A stretch of DNA of 64,000 nucleotides from Microthyrium microscopicum (Eukaryota). Both the position numbers and the translations under genes were made by a program. The stretch is taken from contig MU004234.1 of NCBI GenBank assembly GCA_010405405.1, positions 2,329,697-2,393,696 of the forward strand, given 5' to 3'. The notes below the pieces were generated by a model. It was given only the letters and a program-made list of their open reading frames with translations. It did no database searches and had not been told where the DNA came from. This document shows positions 52,675 through 64,000 of the stretch, one piece after another (position 1 is the stretch's first letter; every line of letters starts with the position of its first letter).

Positions 52675-53688
52675 ATGTCACCACTAGACGGCATGGGAAA
52701 CGGCATCAAGAATCCAACCGGGTTCGACATCGATAAGAGCATTCCGCCCCTCGACGGCAAAATCATAATTGTGACAGGAGGGAATGCTGGAATTGGCAAG
52801 GAAACCATCCTTCAGCTATCGAAACACAATCCGCAGAAAATCTACCTTGCCGCGCGCTCAAAAGCCAAATATGACGCGGCAATGGAAGATGTGCGAAGCA
52901 AGGTATCTGACGCGAAGGTCGACTTCCTGGAAATGGATCTCACGAGCTTCGCAAGCATCAAGACAGCAGCCGAGCAGGTCATAGCGGATAATGATCGCTT
53001 AGATATCCTTGTTAACAATGCTGGTCAGTATTCCATTCTTGTTCCTGAGACATCGTGTTGATGTTCTGCAGGTATCATGGGCGCCCCAGCTGGAACCACT
53101 AAGGAAGGATATGAATCCCACATCGGCGTCAACCACATGGGCCACGCCCTTTTCACCAGACTCCTTCTACCACTTCTACTCAAGACAGCCGAACAGCCAA
53201 ACTCCGATGTGCGCATCGTTACCGTCTCATCCGCCGGCCAGATGTTGGCGCCATCGAAAGGAATCATTTTCGAAAACATCAAAAGCGATGGCAAAGGAAC
53301 CCACCCATTCGTTCTCTATGGTACTTCCAAGCTAGCCAACATCATCCACGCTAGACAGATTGCGAAACGATATCCACAGATCCTGGCTGTGTCGATTCAT
53401 CCTGGACGCGTGCAGACGACGTTGTTAGACGAGTACACGAAGGGTGGTGGATTTATGGCGCGATTTCAGCAAGTGTATGACTGGGCTATCGGTGTGCTGA
53501 GTGTAGAGAAGGGCGCCTGGAGCCAGATTTGGGCTGCGACTTGGAAGAGGGAGGATGTTAAGAATGGTGCGTACTACACGCCTGTTGGAGCCGAGGGTAA
53601 GATCGTTCCCAAGGGAATGGATGATGCTTTGGCGGATCAGCTGTGGGATTGGCAGGAGAAAGAATTCAAAGATCTTGGATATGTTTGA
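52675..53688 (+). CDS. Short-chain dehydrogenase/reductase (retinol dehydrogenase/WWOX-like)
   Basis: TGGNAGIG, LDILVNNAG, NHMGH, YGTSK (YxxxK) and HPG. Intron 53024-53071. Confidence 0.92.
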
Positions 53689-53901
53689 TCGTGGTTGAAG
53701 CAATGCCCATCAACTTCATGTTCCAGCTTGTTGAGCATGTTTCTGGTGGCGGCGTTTTCGTTCAAGATGTTGAATTCTCCTTCCGTATGTTGGAATGTTT
53801 TCATTGCATGCAGCATTTTGATGATAGACCTGGATGCATGACAAGTTTTATCAACCATTTGTTGTTGAAGCAATGTCTTGATGACCGTGGATATACAATG
53901 T

Positions 53902-55069
53902 TCAATCCCACATCTGCCGAACGTTGAGGTTGACTCTCTTATTGGCCATCCAGCCTCTCCACTGCTCATATTCGGGTTCTGTTTTCTCCTCAATCGAGGC
54001 TGGCCAATCCTTGAGAAAGTCCGGACAAGTCCCTGGAATAATCTGCGGCACACCATGCCAGGCGAAACGTGAGCTTCCTCCCATAAAAACAGCATCCCCA
54101 GATCTCAGCCGTATGACAAGCGGCGGTTTCATCTCTATCGCACTACCATCGTTTCCAGGTGAAAGAGCCGCATTATCAGGCCCGAGGCCAATGACGAAAA
54201 CAGCTTCGCAACCAATGCTAACACTGATCAGTCCCTTGTCCGACTCTTCTGCCACATCGCGGTGCATGCTTAGAAAGTCTCCGGGGGTATACAAGTTGAC
54301 AATAGCAGCTTCGGCTCGCATCTGAGGGAAGAGAGTTTCCAGAAGTTGGGCGGTATCTGGAGGGAAAGCGGGTGGTTTAACGTCTGGATACTTTTTTGCG
54401 GACCAGTCATATTGGCCTCCTAGTGTTGCCCATCGAAGCTTTTTGTTAAGAAGCTGGGCCAATGGTATAGGCCTATGGGTTGTCGGATCAAGGGGCTCGC
54501 ATTGATGAGATTGGATGTCTAGAGAGAAGAAAGATTTGTGAGGTTTTGGATATGGCAGTCGATGGTGGAAGTGAACATTGGTTAGATGTTCTGGCTTGGA
54601 AAGATCTCGATGTAATAGCTTGGATAGGAGTATCTTCTGCGTCCTTGGTGGTAGTAGCGATGGGATGATCAAGAGTCCTTGGATATACTTAGATGAGGTC
54701 AAAATAAAAACAATTCAAACTGGAATATGGCCGTTGTTCAGAATGGCAAAATGAGTACTAGCTGCATCACCTACCTGGAAGATCAGAGCTTTCATAGATC
54801 GGCTGAGTCTGTATGGCGCTCATGATGACTCGTCTTGCAGACTCATCATAGTAATGGTTCTCGATTGCGAGACAAGCAGATAGAATTGTTTCACGGTCTA
54901 TCGTGGAAATCTGGCGAACAGATGATGACAATGAGTCAACTTGAGTGAGGTCTACTAGCGTGTCGTCCTGGTAGTTGGTCCAGTCGCGTTTTTTCTGGTA
55001 TTTCTTGTAAGTATTCTGAATGATCGCAGGAGGCCTTGCCCGAGGATCTAAAGATTTGTGCGCTGCCAT
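53902..55069 (-). CDS. AlkB-family Fe(II)/2-oxoglutarate dioxygenase (ALKBH1-like)
   Basis: KLRWATLGGQYDW, AEAAIVNLY, HRD, LRSGD, AWHGVP and RVNLNVRQ. Intron 54678-54774. Confidence 0.9.
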
Positions 55070-55229
55070 GGCGTATTGTCAATATATACCGAGCTGGAGT
55101 GGGAAAGGACGAGGAAGATTTGGGTCCTGAAAAAAGTTGAAAAGCCTCAACTTCAAAAGTCCAAGCTTCTTGTATTCCAACAACATCGATGACCAGACAT
55201 CTGCAACATTCCCTTCACATCCACCCACC

Positions 55230-56312
55230 ATGAATTCAATATCAATATCCAGGTCATTGCGACGCCTTGAGCGCTTGCAAAGGCTTCATTCCACCACTTT
55301 ATCACAGCAATACCGATGTTTCTCGTGCTCAATACGCAACCAACATGAGACTACCAAACCTCCAACCTCCAGCTCCCAAAGCGCAAACTACACACATTTC
55401 GGTTTCGAGACAGTAGCAGAGAATCTCAAACAAGGCAAAGGTACTGTACCCAGAGCCCATTGATCATAACAATTCTAACCCTCTCCAGTCGCCGAAGTCT
55501 TCTCTTCCGTCGCATCCTCCTACGACACCATGAACGATCTCATGTCACTCGGCATCCACCGCCTATGGAAAGATCATTTCGTCCGCTCCCTTGATCCCGG
55601 CATAAACCCCATCCTCTTCTCCGCACCTACTTCTTCCCCCTCTACATCGTCACCCGCTGCCTCATCCCCATCAACTCCACAAGGCCTCAACATCCTCGAC
55701 ATAGCAGGCGGCACCGGCGACGTAGCCTTCCGCATGCTCGACTACGCATCACGCATCCATAACGACTCCACCACGCGCGTAACAGTCGCAGACATAAACC
55801 CCGAAATGTTAGCTGCGGGCCGCAAACGTGCCGCATCCTCCCCCTACTCGCGCGCCAACCGCCTATCTTTCGTCGAAGCCAACGCCGAAACACTCACCAC
55901 CGTTCCCTCCTCTAGCGTAGATCTATATACAGTAGCCTTCGGCATCCGCAACTTCACCAATATACCCAAAGCGCTGGACGAGGCGTATCGGGTGCTTAAG
56001 CCTGGCGGAGTTTTCGCATGCTTGGAGTTCAGCAAGGTGAATAATGAGGCGTTCAATTGGGCATATAAAAGATGGAGTTTCAGCGCAATACCAATCATTG
56101 GGCAGTTAGTGGCGGGTGATCGGGATAGTTATCAGTATCTGGTAGAGAGTATAGAGCGGTTCCCAGATCAAGCGACGTTTGCGAGAATGATTCAAAATGC
56201 TGGCTTTGAGCTCCCTGCAAAGGTGGGCGAACTTGGTGGTGGATACGAGGATTTGAGCGGCGGTATTGCATGTATACATAAAGGCGTCAAACCGCTGGAA
56301 GACACGAAATAG
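55230..56312 (+). CDS. COQ5: Ubiquinone biosynthesis C-methyltransferase, mitochondrial
   Basis: Mitochondrial presequence, THFGFETV, YDTMNDLMSLGIHRLWKD, LDIAGGTGD, AFGIRN and YQYLVESIERFP. Intron 55441-55488. Confidence 0.95.
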
Positions 56313-56473
56313 AGACCAGGGTTCAATGTTTTGAAAGTATTTAGACCTTGAGAGGTAATGCTTTGATTCGTGTCACGTAATATGTATAAATAGACAATCT
56401 AGACAACAAATTCATCATCAGCACGTAAATTATCCAATACGGGCTATTTCTGCCTTTCAGACATGGCCTAATC

Positions 56474-58408
56474 TTAATCATCCATTTCTAGGCTCTCCTC
56501 CTGCCATACTGGTGGAGATGGGAGGTCGGAGTTCATTGCGCTGCTTGGTAGAAGCTGGCTAATGCCTGGCGGTCGATCCGGTTTCGATTTGCGAATGGGT
56601 TGTGTCCCAGCTTCTGGCAACTCTTGGCTCTCTGCAGGAAGTGGAAGAGATTCAAGGCCTTGTAGGGGAGGCGACGTGCCGAATTGTTGAGAGGAGGAAG
56701 AAATGATGATAACCTCGCTGTTGTTATTGGGGATGCGTATAGGTTGGGGTTGAACGAACTCCACAGATGCCGGATCATTTTGAGTCAATTGTTGAGTTCC
56801 GGGGACTGTTGTAGCTTGCGATGGATGTATTGGTGATTCGTCTTGGTCATGTTGCCTGGAATCTGTTGGGATCAAAAACACAGGTTCCTTGATTGGTGAT
56901 TCGGGAAGTGAATCTTCTTCGTCGTCAGGGCTTTGACTCGATCCAATTACCCGTGAAAAGACCTTGGAAAGTATAGGGGAGTCTGGATTATCTCCATTTT
57001 CAGGAGATGATATCTGAGTGCTTTTCAAGATCTCTTCATGAGTTGGGATCTCGAAAGACCGTTCAGATCGAAATGACGCGGGCGGAATGTCAGATTCATG
57101 TCCAGTTACATTGTCTTGAGAGTTCGACGTTATTTCTGAGGTCTCGTTCGACAGAGCGAGCTGCGTTTCTTCTCCTAGAGTGAATGCATCATCGTCGAGA
57201 GACATTTGTTGATGGGACTTTATGGCATCATGTCTGGGTTTAAATTGTGGAGGTGCCATGGGCCGCCTTTTGCGGTTGATCTCTGCCCAGCGGGCATTAA
57301 ACTCTTGGATCTTTATCTTTGTTCGAGGTGTTTGTTGAGTCTGTGTCTGAGTTTCATGGCTTGGGAGCGTTTGAGTCTGGAGATTATTGCTATAGTGGTT
57401 CGTTCTGCCAGTTTGACTTTCCGGATTTTGAGAATCTTTTGGGCCTCGATAGTGGTACATATCGATTTCCCCTGGCTCCATAAGTTTGGGACTTGATAGG
57501 GTAGCTCTTGTTGGCGACTTTTTGGGCGCCTGGAACATGTATGCGGCTGCTACAGGCGATGACTGAATTTCTTCTTCCCGCTCGTTCTCCTGTATCGATG
57601 CGTTTGTTCGAACTCGAATTGGTGTCGGCGATGCTTCATTGTCTGCATCCCTTGCCCTCGCCACTCTGCGCGAGTGAATGGAAAATGGAGTCCCTGAGGG
57701 TGTCTGTGACGAAGGAATTTCGAGTTTGTGAGCCTTTTTCGGGGTTTGAGGATCTTGTGGATTTATGACTTTAGACTGTGTTTGCGTTTCCATCATTTCT
57801 TCAGAGTCTGGTATGACTCTCAGATTCTGCACTGGTGAAGAAACAGATTCTACAGCACAAAGAGCATCTCCGTGCCCCTGATCGCTTTCTATCATGGGGT
57901 CCACGTCTCCCATAACTTCCTCATAACCCTCTTCATGTTCTTGCTCGTGCTCCGAGCCATTATCTCCACGTCCTTCTTCGAACGGCTTTTCTTCAGGAAA
58001 GGTAAGGTTGTCGTCATCTTCGTCAGACCAGAGAGATTTACCCAGTTTGACGAAATCCATTTGTGTCAAGGTATCTTGCTTCTTCAAGCCGGGCTTGAGT
58101 CGCTTCGCAGGTTCGATTTTCCGTCGCTTCTTACGACTTGATTCTTCATAATCGTCATCGGTCTCGCTGTCGGAAATTTCTAGCTGAACTCGTGGACGCC
58201 GTCGAGAAGAAGGCAGTCGAGATGAACGAGGGGTAGGGAATTCCATTTGTGTGAGAGTATTTTGTCTGGCCAGACTCGCTGGCGTACTCGGTGTTGCTCG
58301 AGCACTGCGGCGCATAAGGGTAGAGGGGAATCGAGTCTGGATGGATTTGGGAGTCGACTTGTAGACCCGCTCGGCAGCAGGAGTGCTGTTGCGATATTTG
58401 GGAGGCAT
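56474..58408 (-). CDS. Disordered acidic SQ/TQ-rich nuclear protein, function unknown
   Basis: 644-aa intronless ORF with NLS RKKRRK and a repeated QxTLTQMxF motif. Confidence 0.75.
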   Translation of the reverse strand: MPPKYRNSTPAAERVYKSTPKSIQTRFPSTLMRRSARATPSTPASLARQNTLTQMEFPTPRSSRLPSSRRRPRVQLEISDSETDDDYEESSRKKRRKIEPAKRLKPGLKKQDTLTQMDFVKLGKSLWSDEDDDNLTFPEEKPFEEGRGDNGSEHEQEHEEGYEEVMGDVDPMIESDQGHGDALCAVESVSSPVQNLRVIPDSEEMMETQTQSKVINPQDPQTPKKAHKLEIPSSQTPSGTPFSIHSRRVARARDADNEASPTPIRVRTNASIQENEREEEIQSSPVAAAYMFQAPKKSPTRATLSSPKLMEPGEIDMYHYRGPKDSQNPESQTGRTNHYSNNLQTQTLPSHETQTQTQQTPRTKIKIQEFNARWAEINRKRRPMAPPQFKPRHDAIKSHQQMSLDDDAFTLGEETQLALSNETSEITSNSQDNVTGHESDIPPASFRSERSFEIPTHEEILKSTQISSPENGDNPDSPILSKVFSRVIGSSQSPDDEEDSLPESPIKEPVFLIPTDSRQHDQDESPIHPSQATTVPGTQQLTQNDPASVEFVQPQPIRIPNNNSEVIIISSSSQQFGTSPPLQGLESLPLPAESQELPEAGTQPIRKSKPDRPPGISQLLPSSAMNSDLPSPPVWQEESLEMDD

Positions 58409-58540
58409 TTTGAGATTCTGTGAAGCAGAACTTTAGTAGAACTGGGCGCAATTCCATCTCTAATGTGAAATCTAACCCCGCCACAAGATCGGTGAAGCTC
58501 GCGATGGCTGGAAGTTGGGAAGTGAAATGGAAGTTGCCGA

Positions 58541-58555
58541 ACGCGTCAAGCGCGT
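58541..58555. promoter_or_regulatory. Tandem MCB-like boxes (ACGCGT and GCGCGT)
   Basis: ACGCGTcaaGCGCGT about 135 bp upstream of the ATG at 58408. Confidence 0.45.
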
Positions 58556-60636
58556 CTATGGTCAACAACACGGATCGATCGCGCGGTCACTTGACCTCGT
58601 ACATTTACTTATTGATTTAATGGCCATTTTCTTCTCGAGACCTCTGTCGCATCCATCAAGTCATTTGCGAAATATCTGCATCATTCATTTCTCCATCTTG
58701 CAGTTGCGACCCTATCGCCTTCGTCAGCTCGTCACTCGTAGTAGACTGTCGTACGCAATTTACTGCATCAGTCCAGGATCAATCTGATGAGAAGGAGAGT
58801 CAGAGAAGCCTCACTTTTCTATGAGTATGAACAATATCTGGTGTTTTTGAACTGCTGTTAAGTGCTCTTACAAGTACAATGAAGGTTGCCTTCAGCAGTG
58901 TTCTTCTCATGTTATGCCTGCAAATCTGCGTGTCTCAAATTCTCAATGTTGATCAATGATCATCGGTGTTCATTGCAAACCCAGAATAGCGGTACTACTG
59001 CAATGCGTGGTAAAAACGTGTCAAGACAACGTGGCTGCCATCTTGATGATCTTCACTTCCTTTCAGAAATCCAGCATGCTTGCAAGCCTTGTACAGGAAA
59101 GCAGCCAGGCCTAACTTCGTGGACTCAATTTTAAAAGTCGCGCAACGTTAAATCAAGCATTTATTAGCAGATATATACACACGAACAAGCATCGGCACTA
59201 ATTTAGTGAATCTACTCCCATTCGCGCTAGGAACTTTGTTTCGATTCTTAAATGAGATCGCGCTCGTTTGGTCCTTGCCACCTTGGGAGTCAGGACCATC
59301 CGACCAGGTACAGAGATTTTGATTTAAGCAGAGATCGCGTATCCTACCGAAAGGTTTCGCGCCTTGGTGCAAAGTCTACTCTAGTCTTGACGTTCCGAGG
59401 TCAGGACTATTGAGGCCAAGTGACGGAAACTTCCACTTATGTCAGATTATCGTTATTGGACTTATCAAGGGGTACACCGTACAGTACAACTGAAGGATTT
59501 TCCAACTCCCATCAATTCAAATTGCCAACTCTTGTGGAAAAACATCTTGTTGCTTGTTGCCAGTCGGAGTCAATTCAGTCAAGTCCATTAGCGAAGTGGC
59601 AGAAAGCTGGGACCTGAGAGGTACCACAGTTCTAAGTAAGAAGAGTTTTGGGAATGCGCCCGAAATCATGGCTTTCTGAGCGCGAAATTTTAGCTTTTCA
59701 TGTCTCAACTTTCCAGAAACAAACTTCCCAAAATCTCACGCGACTGCAGTGCTGCACTCTCCCCTCCTGACTGGACCAGCCTATCTTGACAGCCTTGCAG
59801 GCTCAACGTCTGTGCCTGCCATCTGCGGGCTGCCCAAGCAAGAGATGCAGCAGTCACAGTCATTGCATATCCAAGACTGGCATCCAGACTTCTTAGAAGT
59901 TGAGCTTGAATCTTATTCTTGGGCACATCAATGACGACAAGACTGAGTACTGTCTCTGTACCCAGATTTTTTGGCACCGTTGCCAACGGCACGATGCGCC
60001 AGGTACACCGGAAGGCAAGCTTTGAATCCAAATCAGAACGCCATTGGAGAGGCATTTGCCACGGCGCAGACAATGGTCAGAATCAATGCCACATTGCCAA
60101 GGCATATGGCTTGGCCAATTCGAGATAGAAGGATTCAGAAGAGAAAGGGGCAACATAACAATTGACAGAGGAACCTTGTACCGCCGCGAAGAGATATGAA
60201 TTCCGCAGTCCACAAGATTGCTCCAATTCAAGCCTCCAAAGATATCGTTGATTCCGCAAGATTTGGCAGAAATAATGTTTTGTCTGGCATCGCACGGAAG
60301 CTGCCCAGGTACTCTCAAAGGTTTAAGGTTTTGGCCGCGGGATAACAGGTAGTAACAGTCCACAGATGTGGAGGCATTTCGCTGGGCCGTTCACATGAAG
60401 TTGAAAGAAAAACTGGATTTCGACGATCAACGCGTGAATTGCGGTTTTTGTTTGGAACTTTTGATTTCACGCGACCTGGAGCGAACCGTCGACTCGCCCA
60501 ATCACGAAATCAGAGAACTTGCAAAGAGGCCAAGCCACCTAAAAATAGAGCTGAACTAACAGCACATTTTGAGGCTTAAAGCTGATCCTTTGCTCTTTCA
60601 GCACTAGACCGACGAAGCTAACAATATTGGCTTGAT

Positions 60637-63570
60637 CCCTTAACATCTGAACGACCTTTGGGCTTGCCGCCACCGTATGGATTCCGGGCGACTAATACTA
60701 AAGCGGTTACTTTATATGCAATATTTATAGGGAATGTCTAAGAGGCTATTTACTATAGGGGCTTAGGAATTATCTTAAATTATGCTAACTATGGCGTCTG
60801 AAGAGCTTTTGGAATAGGAATTTTGGTATTGTTATAGTCTTATTTAACCTCTCTACTAATATCTATGTAATCCTTTTCTAACACTGTAAGATATCTTTAT
60901 TAGTTCTTATCTAAAATGTGTATAAAATATATGCTTACCATGGTTATAAAATGCGCTCTAATATAGTAAATAAAGAGGATAAATGTTGAGATACTTTAAA
61001 TAGTAGTATCTAGTTTTGGTAACATATTTATTAGGCATATTTTGCACCTTTTGCCATTAATAGTAGAAGTATATTATTCTATCGTTACGAGGAAGCTTTA
61101 TATAGTGGTATCTACCTGTAAAGAGTTGAGATATAGGTAGTAGAGTATGAATAGTAACCTTTTTATATATCTTATAACTATGGAGCTAATCTACCTTACT
61201 TTTGGTATAATTATTAATGAATTTAGCGGTTGGTATAGGTCTAATATTATTAGAATATCCTTAAATAACTAAATTCTAAGCTAAAGTAGTTTAAAATTGC
61301 CTTAAATTTAATAGATGTTGTGGTAGGTAGTTACTAGTTATTTTGGTAAGATTAGGCTGTATTATTAGCTTAATCTTTAGAGCTAATGTATGTATATTTG
61401 TGCTAACTTCGTTAATGTTAAAAAAAAGTAGTAGAAATTAATTTCTTAAGGCTTAATAAATATATATTAGTTTAGAAAGAGGAGAGCTTTTTAATGGTAC
61501 CATTTTTAGGATGAATAGACTTAAAATAAGAAAGTTATATATAGGAAGGGAAGAACTTACTTATTTAATATAATGTAATATAAGTACGTTGCTAGTTAGC
61601 TAAATTAATACTATTTATGTAAGCGTTATAATTTATAGCGATAGTAGGCTATTTAAGCTCTTTTTAAGGATCTTTACTCTAAATTTAATCTATCTTGCTC
61701 TTCTTATAACATATAGTCTTCTTTATAATAGTAGGGCGAGTTCTTTAAGTAGTTTTAGTACTATAGATATTGTAATACGTACTTAGGAATCTTATAAGAA
61801 CATAATCTCTCTATACTATAGAAACTACATCTTAAACTATTATATTATCTTAATGACCTTATTCCTAATAGTTCTTCTTCTTATTAAGTAATTTATACTA
61901 TTAAGGGTACTTAGATTATATTAAATAAGCTATACCTACTATAGTAATTCTATAAAAATGAAGCGCACTAAATAAGCGTATAGAACTAAAGAAGTTATTA
62001 TAATAAATAACAAATTTCTTATTATTAGGTAGCGTTAGATATATTTAAATTACTACCTACGCTATAGTAGTTAATTTAGTAAAGAAACTAGGTCCTTTAA
62101 TAGGTAAAGTTCATTATAGCCTATAGGCTAGAATATTAATATTTTTACTTATTAATTAAGGCCTTCTTATGCAAGTAGTATATAATAGGTTATAAATATA
62201 CTTACAATTATATAATATAAGTATTTTATACCCCTTTAGGATTAGTTTATCCTTAATGTAGAGTATATTAGCTAATCTACCCGTAAATTTCACTATTATC
62301 TTATTAACTACAAGGTAGCTAGAAGGGATAATATATAATTTAAAGCGCTAAGAGATATTTAACGCTAGTGGTTCTAGTTTGTTAAAAACTAACTCTTATT
62401 TATACTACGGATTCCTAGTAGTAGAAGTAGAATTTAATTCTCCTAGTAGTCTAGTATCTTATGTTTGAATATAGCTTAGGTAGAGATACTTCTTAATATA
62501 CTAGAATTTATATTATAGCATAAAATACTATATAGTATAATATAAATTTATGCTATTAGAGCACTAAAGATCTAAAGCTCTAGTAATTAAGTAGGCCCCT
62601 ATATAAATATAGATTCTAAAGAATATCTTAATATCGCCTAATGTAATTAGTATAAGAATAGCTTTATTAGGCTAAAGACTAAGCTAATAACGTATATATT
62701 CCATAGTATTAAAAGTAATCTCTTCATAATCTTCTTACTAAATAAATAGGCTAAAGAATCATAAAGGCATATTAAAGCGTATTATTAGATTATTAACATT
62801 AAGAGGAGAAACGTATTTTACTAAAGGCGTAATATTAATAGTTCTAGAACCTAATTTAATATAGAGTTCTTTAGGTTAAGAAGTAGTAGGGTTATAGAAG
62901 TTAATAAGTAGTTAAATAGATAATTTAGTATAATTTAGTAGTAGTATTAGCTTAAATTTAAATCTATTATAACCCTAAATAGTTATTTTAGTGCCTTTAA
63001 GTTGTACGTTAATTACTTCTCTACCTCTAGGAAGTATTTACCTACTATCTAGCAGTAGCAGGATATAAAAATCTTCTCTCTTAGTATCTATATCTAAATC
63101 TTCTTCTTTGCTATCTAAAACTATATTCTCTATATTTAGCTCGTTAAGACTATTTAATTCTACTCCTTAAATCTTATATTTAGTATCTAATAGTAATTCT
63201 AGCTTAAGATCTTATAGTAGGTTATCTATAGTAGTAAGGAAGTAGTAGGGTAAAGGATAATTAATTATAGAATAAGAGAGGGCTATAAATAGGTAGTGGA
63301 CTCTAAAAAATATTAAAGTTTCGTTACTAAAGTACTAAATAACTAATTTAATACTAAAACTTAAGATAATTTGTGTACTAACTAAACTAAATATAGCGCA
63401 TCTAATAATCCTATTTTTAGTAGGGGGAACGCCTTAGGGGTTAAGAACGCTTAGTTAATCAGCAAAATATTAAGGTTTATAATTTTCTTGCGACCCATAA
63501 TATTAGGCCTAAAAGGGTAAGGGTCCCGTACGCTAATGCGAGGTCCTATTACAGCTTCAGATGTTAAGGG
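60637..63570 (-). mobile_element. RIP-degenerated piggyBac-superfamily DNA transposon
   Basis: TIR CCCTTAACATCTGAA / TTCAGATGTTAAGGG and a very AT- and TpA-rich interior. Minus-strand relics VVNKIIVKFTGR..KLILKGYK (VDEMMxxFxGR..KPxxxGxK), NNFFSS (DNFFxS) and YNAYINSINLAN* (YNxxMGGVDxxDQ). Confidence 0.88.
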
Positions 63571-64000
63571 ATAGCTGTGGGGTACAGGGTTGCGCTGTTC
63601 CGTGCCTTCTCGTTGGGCCAAATGATCGCCGGCTATCAATTCAGCAAGCTCTTTGAGCTAGTCTAGACTTTCTCTAGACAGCCTCGTATCGACAGGCCGT
63701 TCAAGCCAGCTCATGGCGTCCATACACTGATACAGTACTGTGCCCCGAGAAAGCCGCTTCGTATATGCAAGCTACAATGGCGCAGGAGCTTGCTTAAGTC
63801 AAAAGTTGCCGTCCGAGGCTCTGTGATGGAAGAACGCGAGGAGAAACATAAATAGTTCCTGTTCTCTCCCTGTTATTCGATTCATCATCTGAATATCACT
63901 CTCGTTTACACCTATTCGACATTCAACTGACACGACTCTTTCCTTTCGAAGAACCTAGTCACATACTCAACCTACCTTAGACATGTATTTCTCAAACGCT

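Overview
Eukaryotic DNA from a filamentous ascomycete (Pezizomycotina): short GT-AG introns with CTRAC/CTAAT branch sites and RIP-mutated repeats. About 25 protein-coding loci are supportable. Core genes include a syntaxin, a Pub1/TIA-1 RRM protein, an Mbp1/Swi4-type APSES factor, a Pfa3-like DHHC palmitoyltransferase, an AlkB homologue, Coq5, and a complex I B18/NDUFB7 subunit absent from the ORF track. Accessory genes include an AA9 LPMO, a lipase, an alkyl sulfatase, a degenerate patatin, a cytochrome b561-like protein and a small secreted Cys protein with a probable 9-nt micro-exon. The most interesting item is a divergently transcribed pair, an oxaloacetate acetylhydrolase-type gene and a DUF1275 membrane protein, which looks like an oxalate synthesis and export module. 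Also present are a 485-bp TA-flanked MITE, a 2.9-kb RIP-destroyed piggyBac whose ends do not fit the usual TTAA rule, two nonsense-disrupted secreted-protein pseudogenes, and adjacent 7-bp and 34-bp tandem arrays. All family calls come from motif recognition by eye, not database searches.
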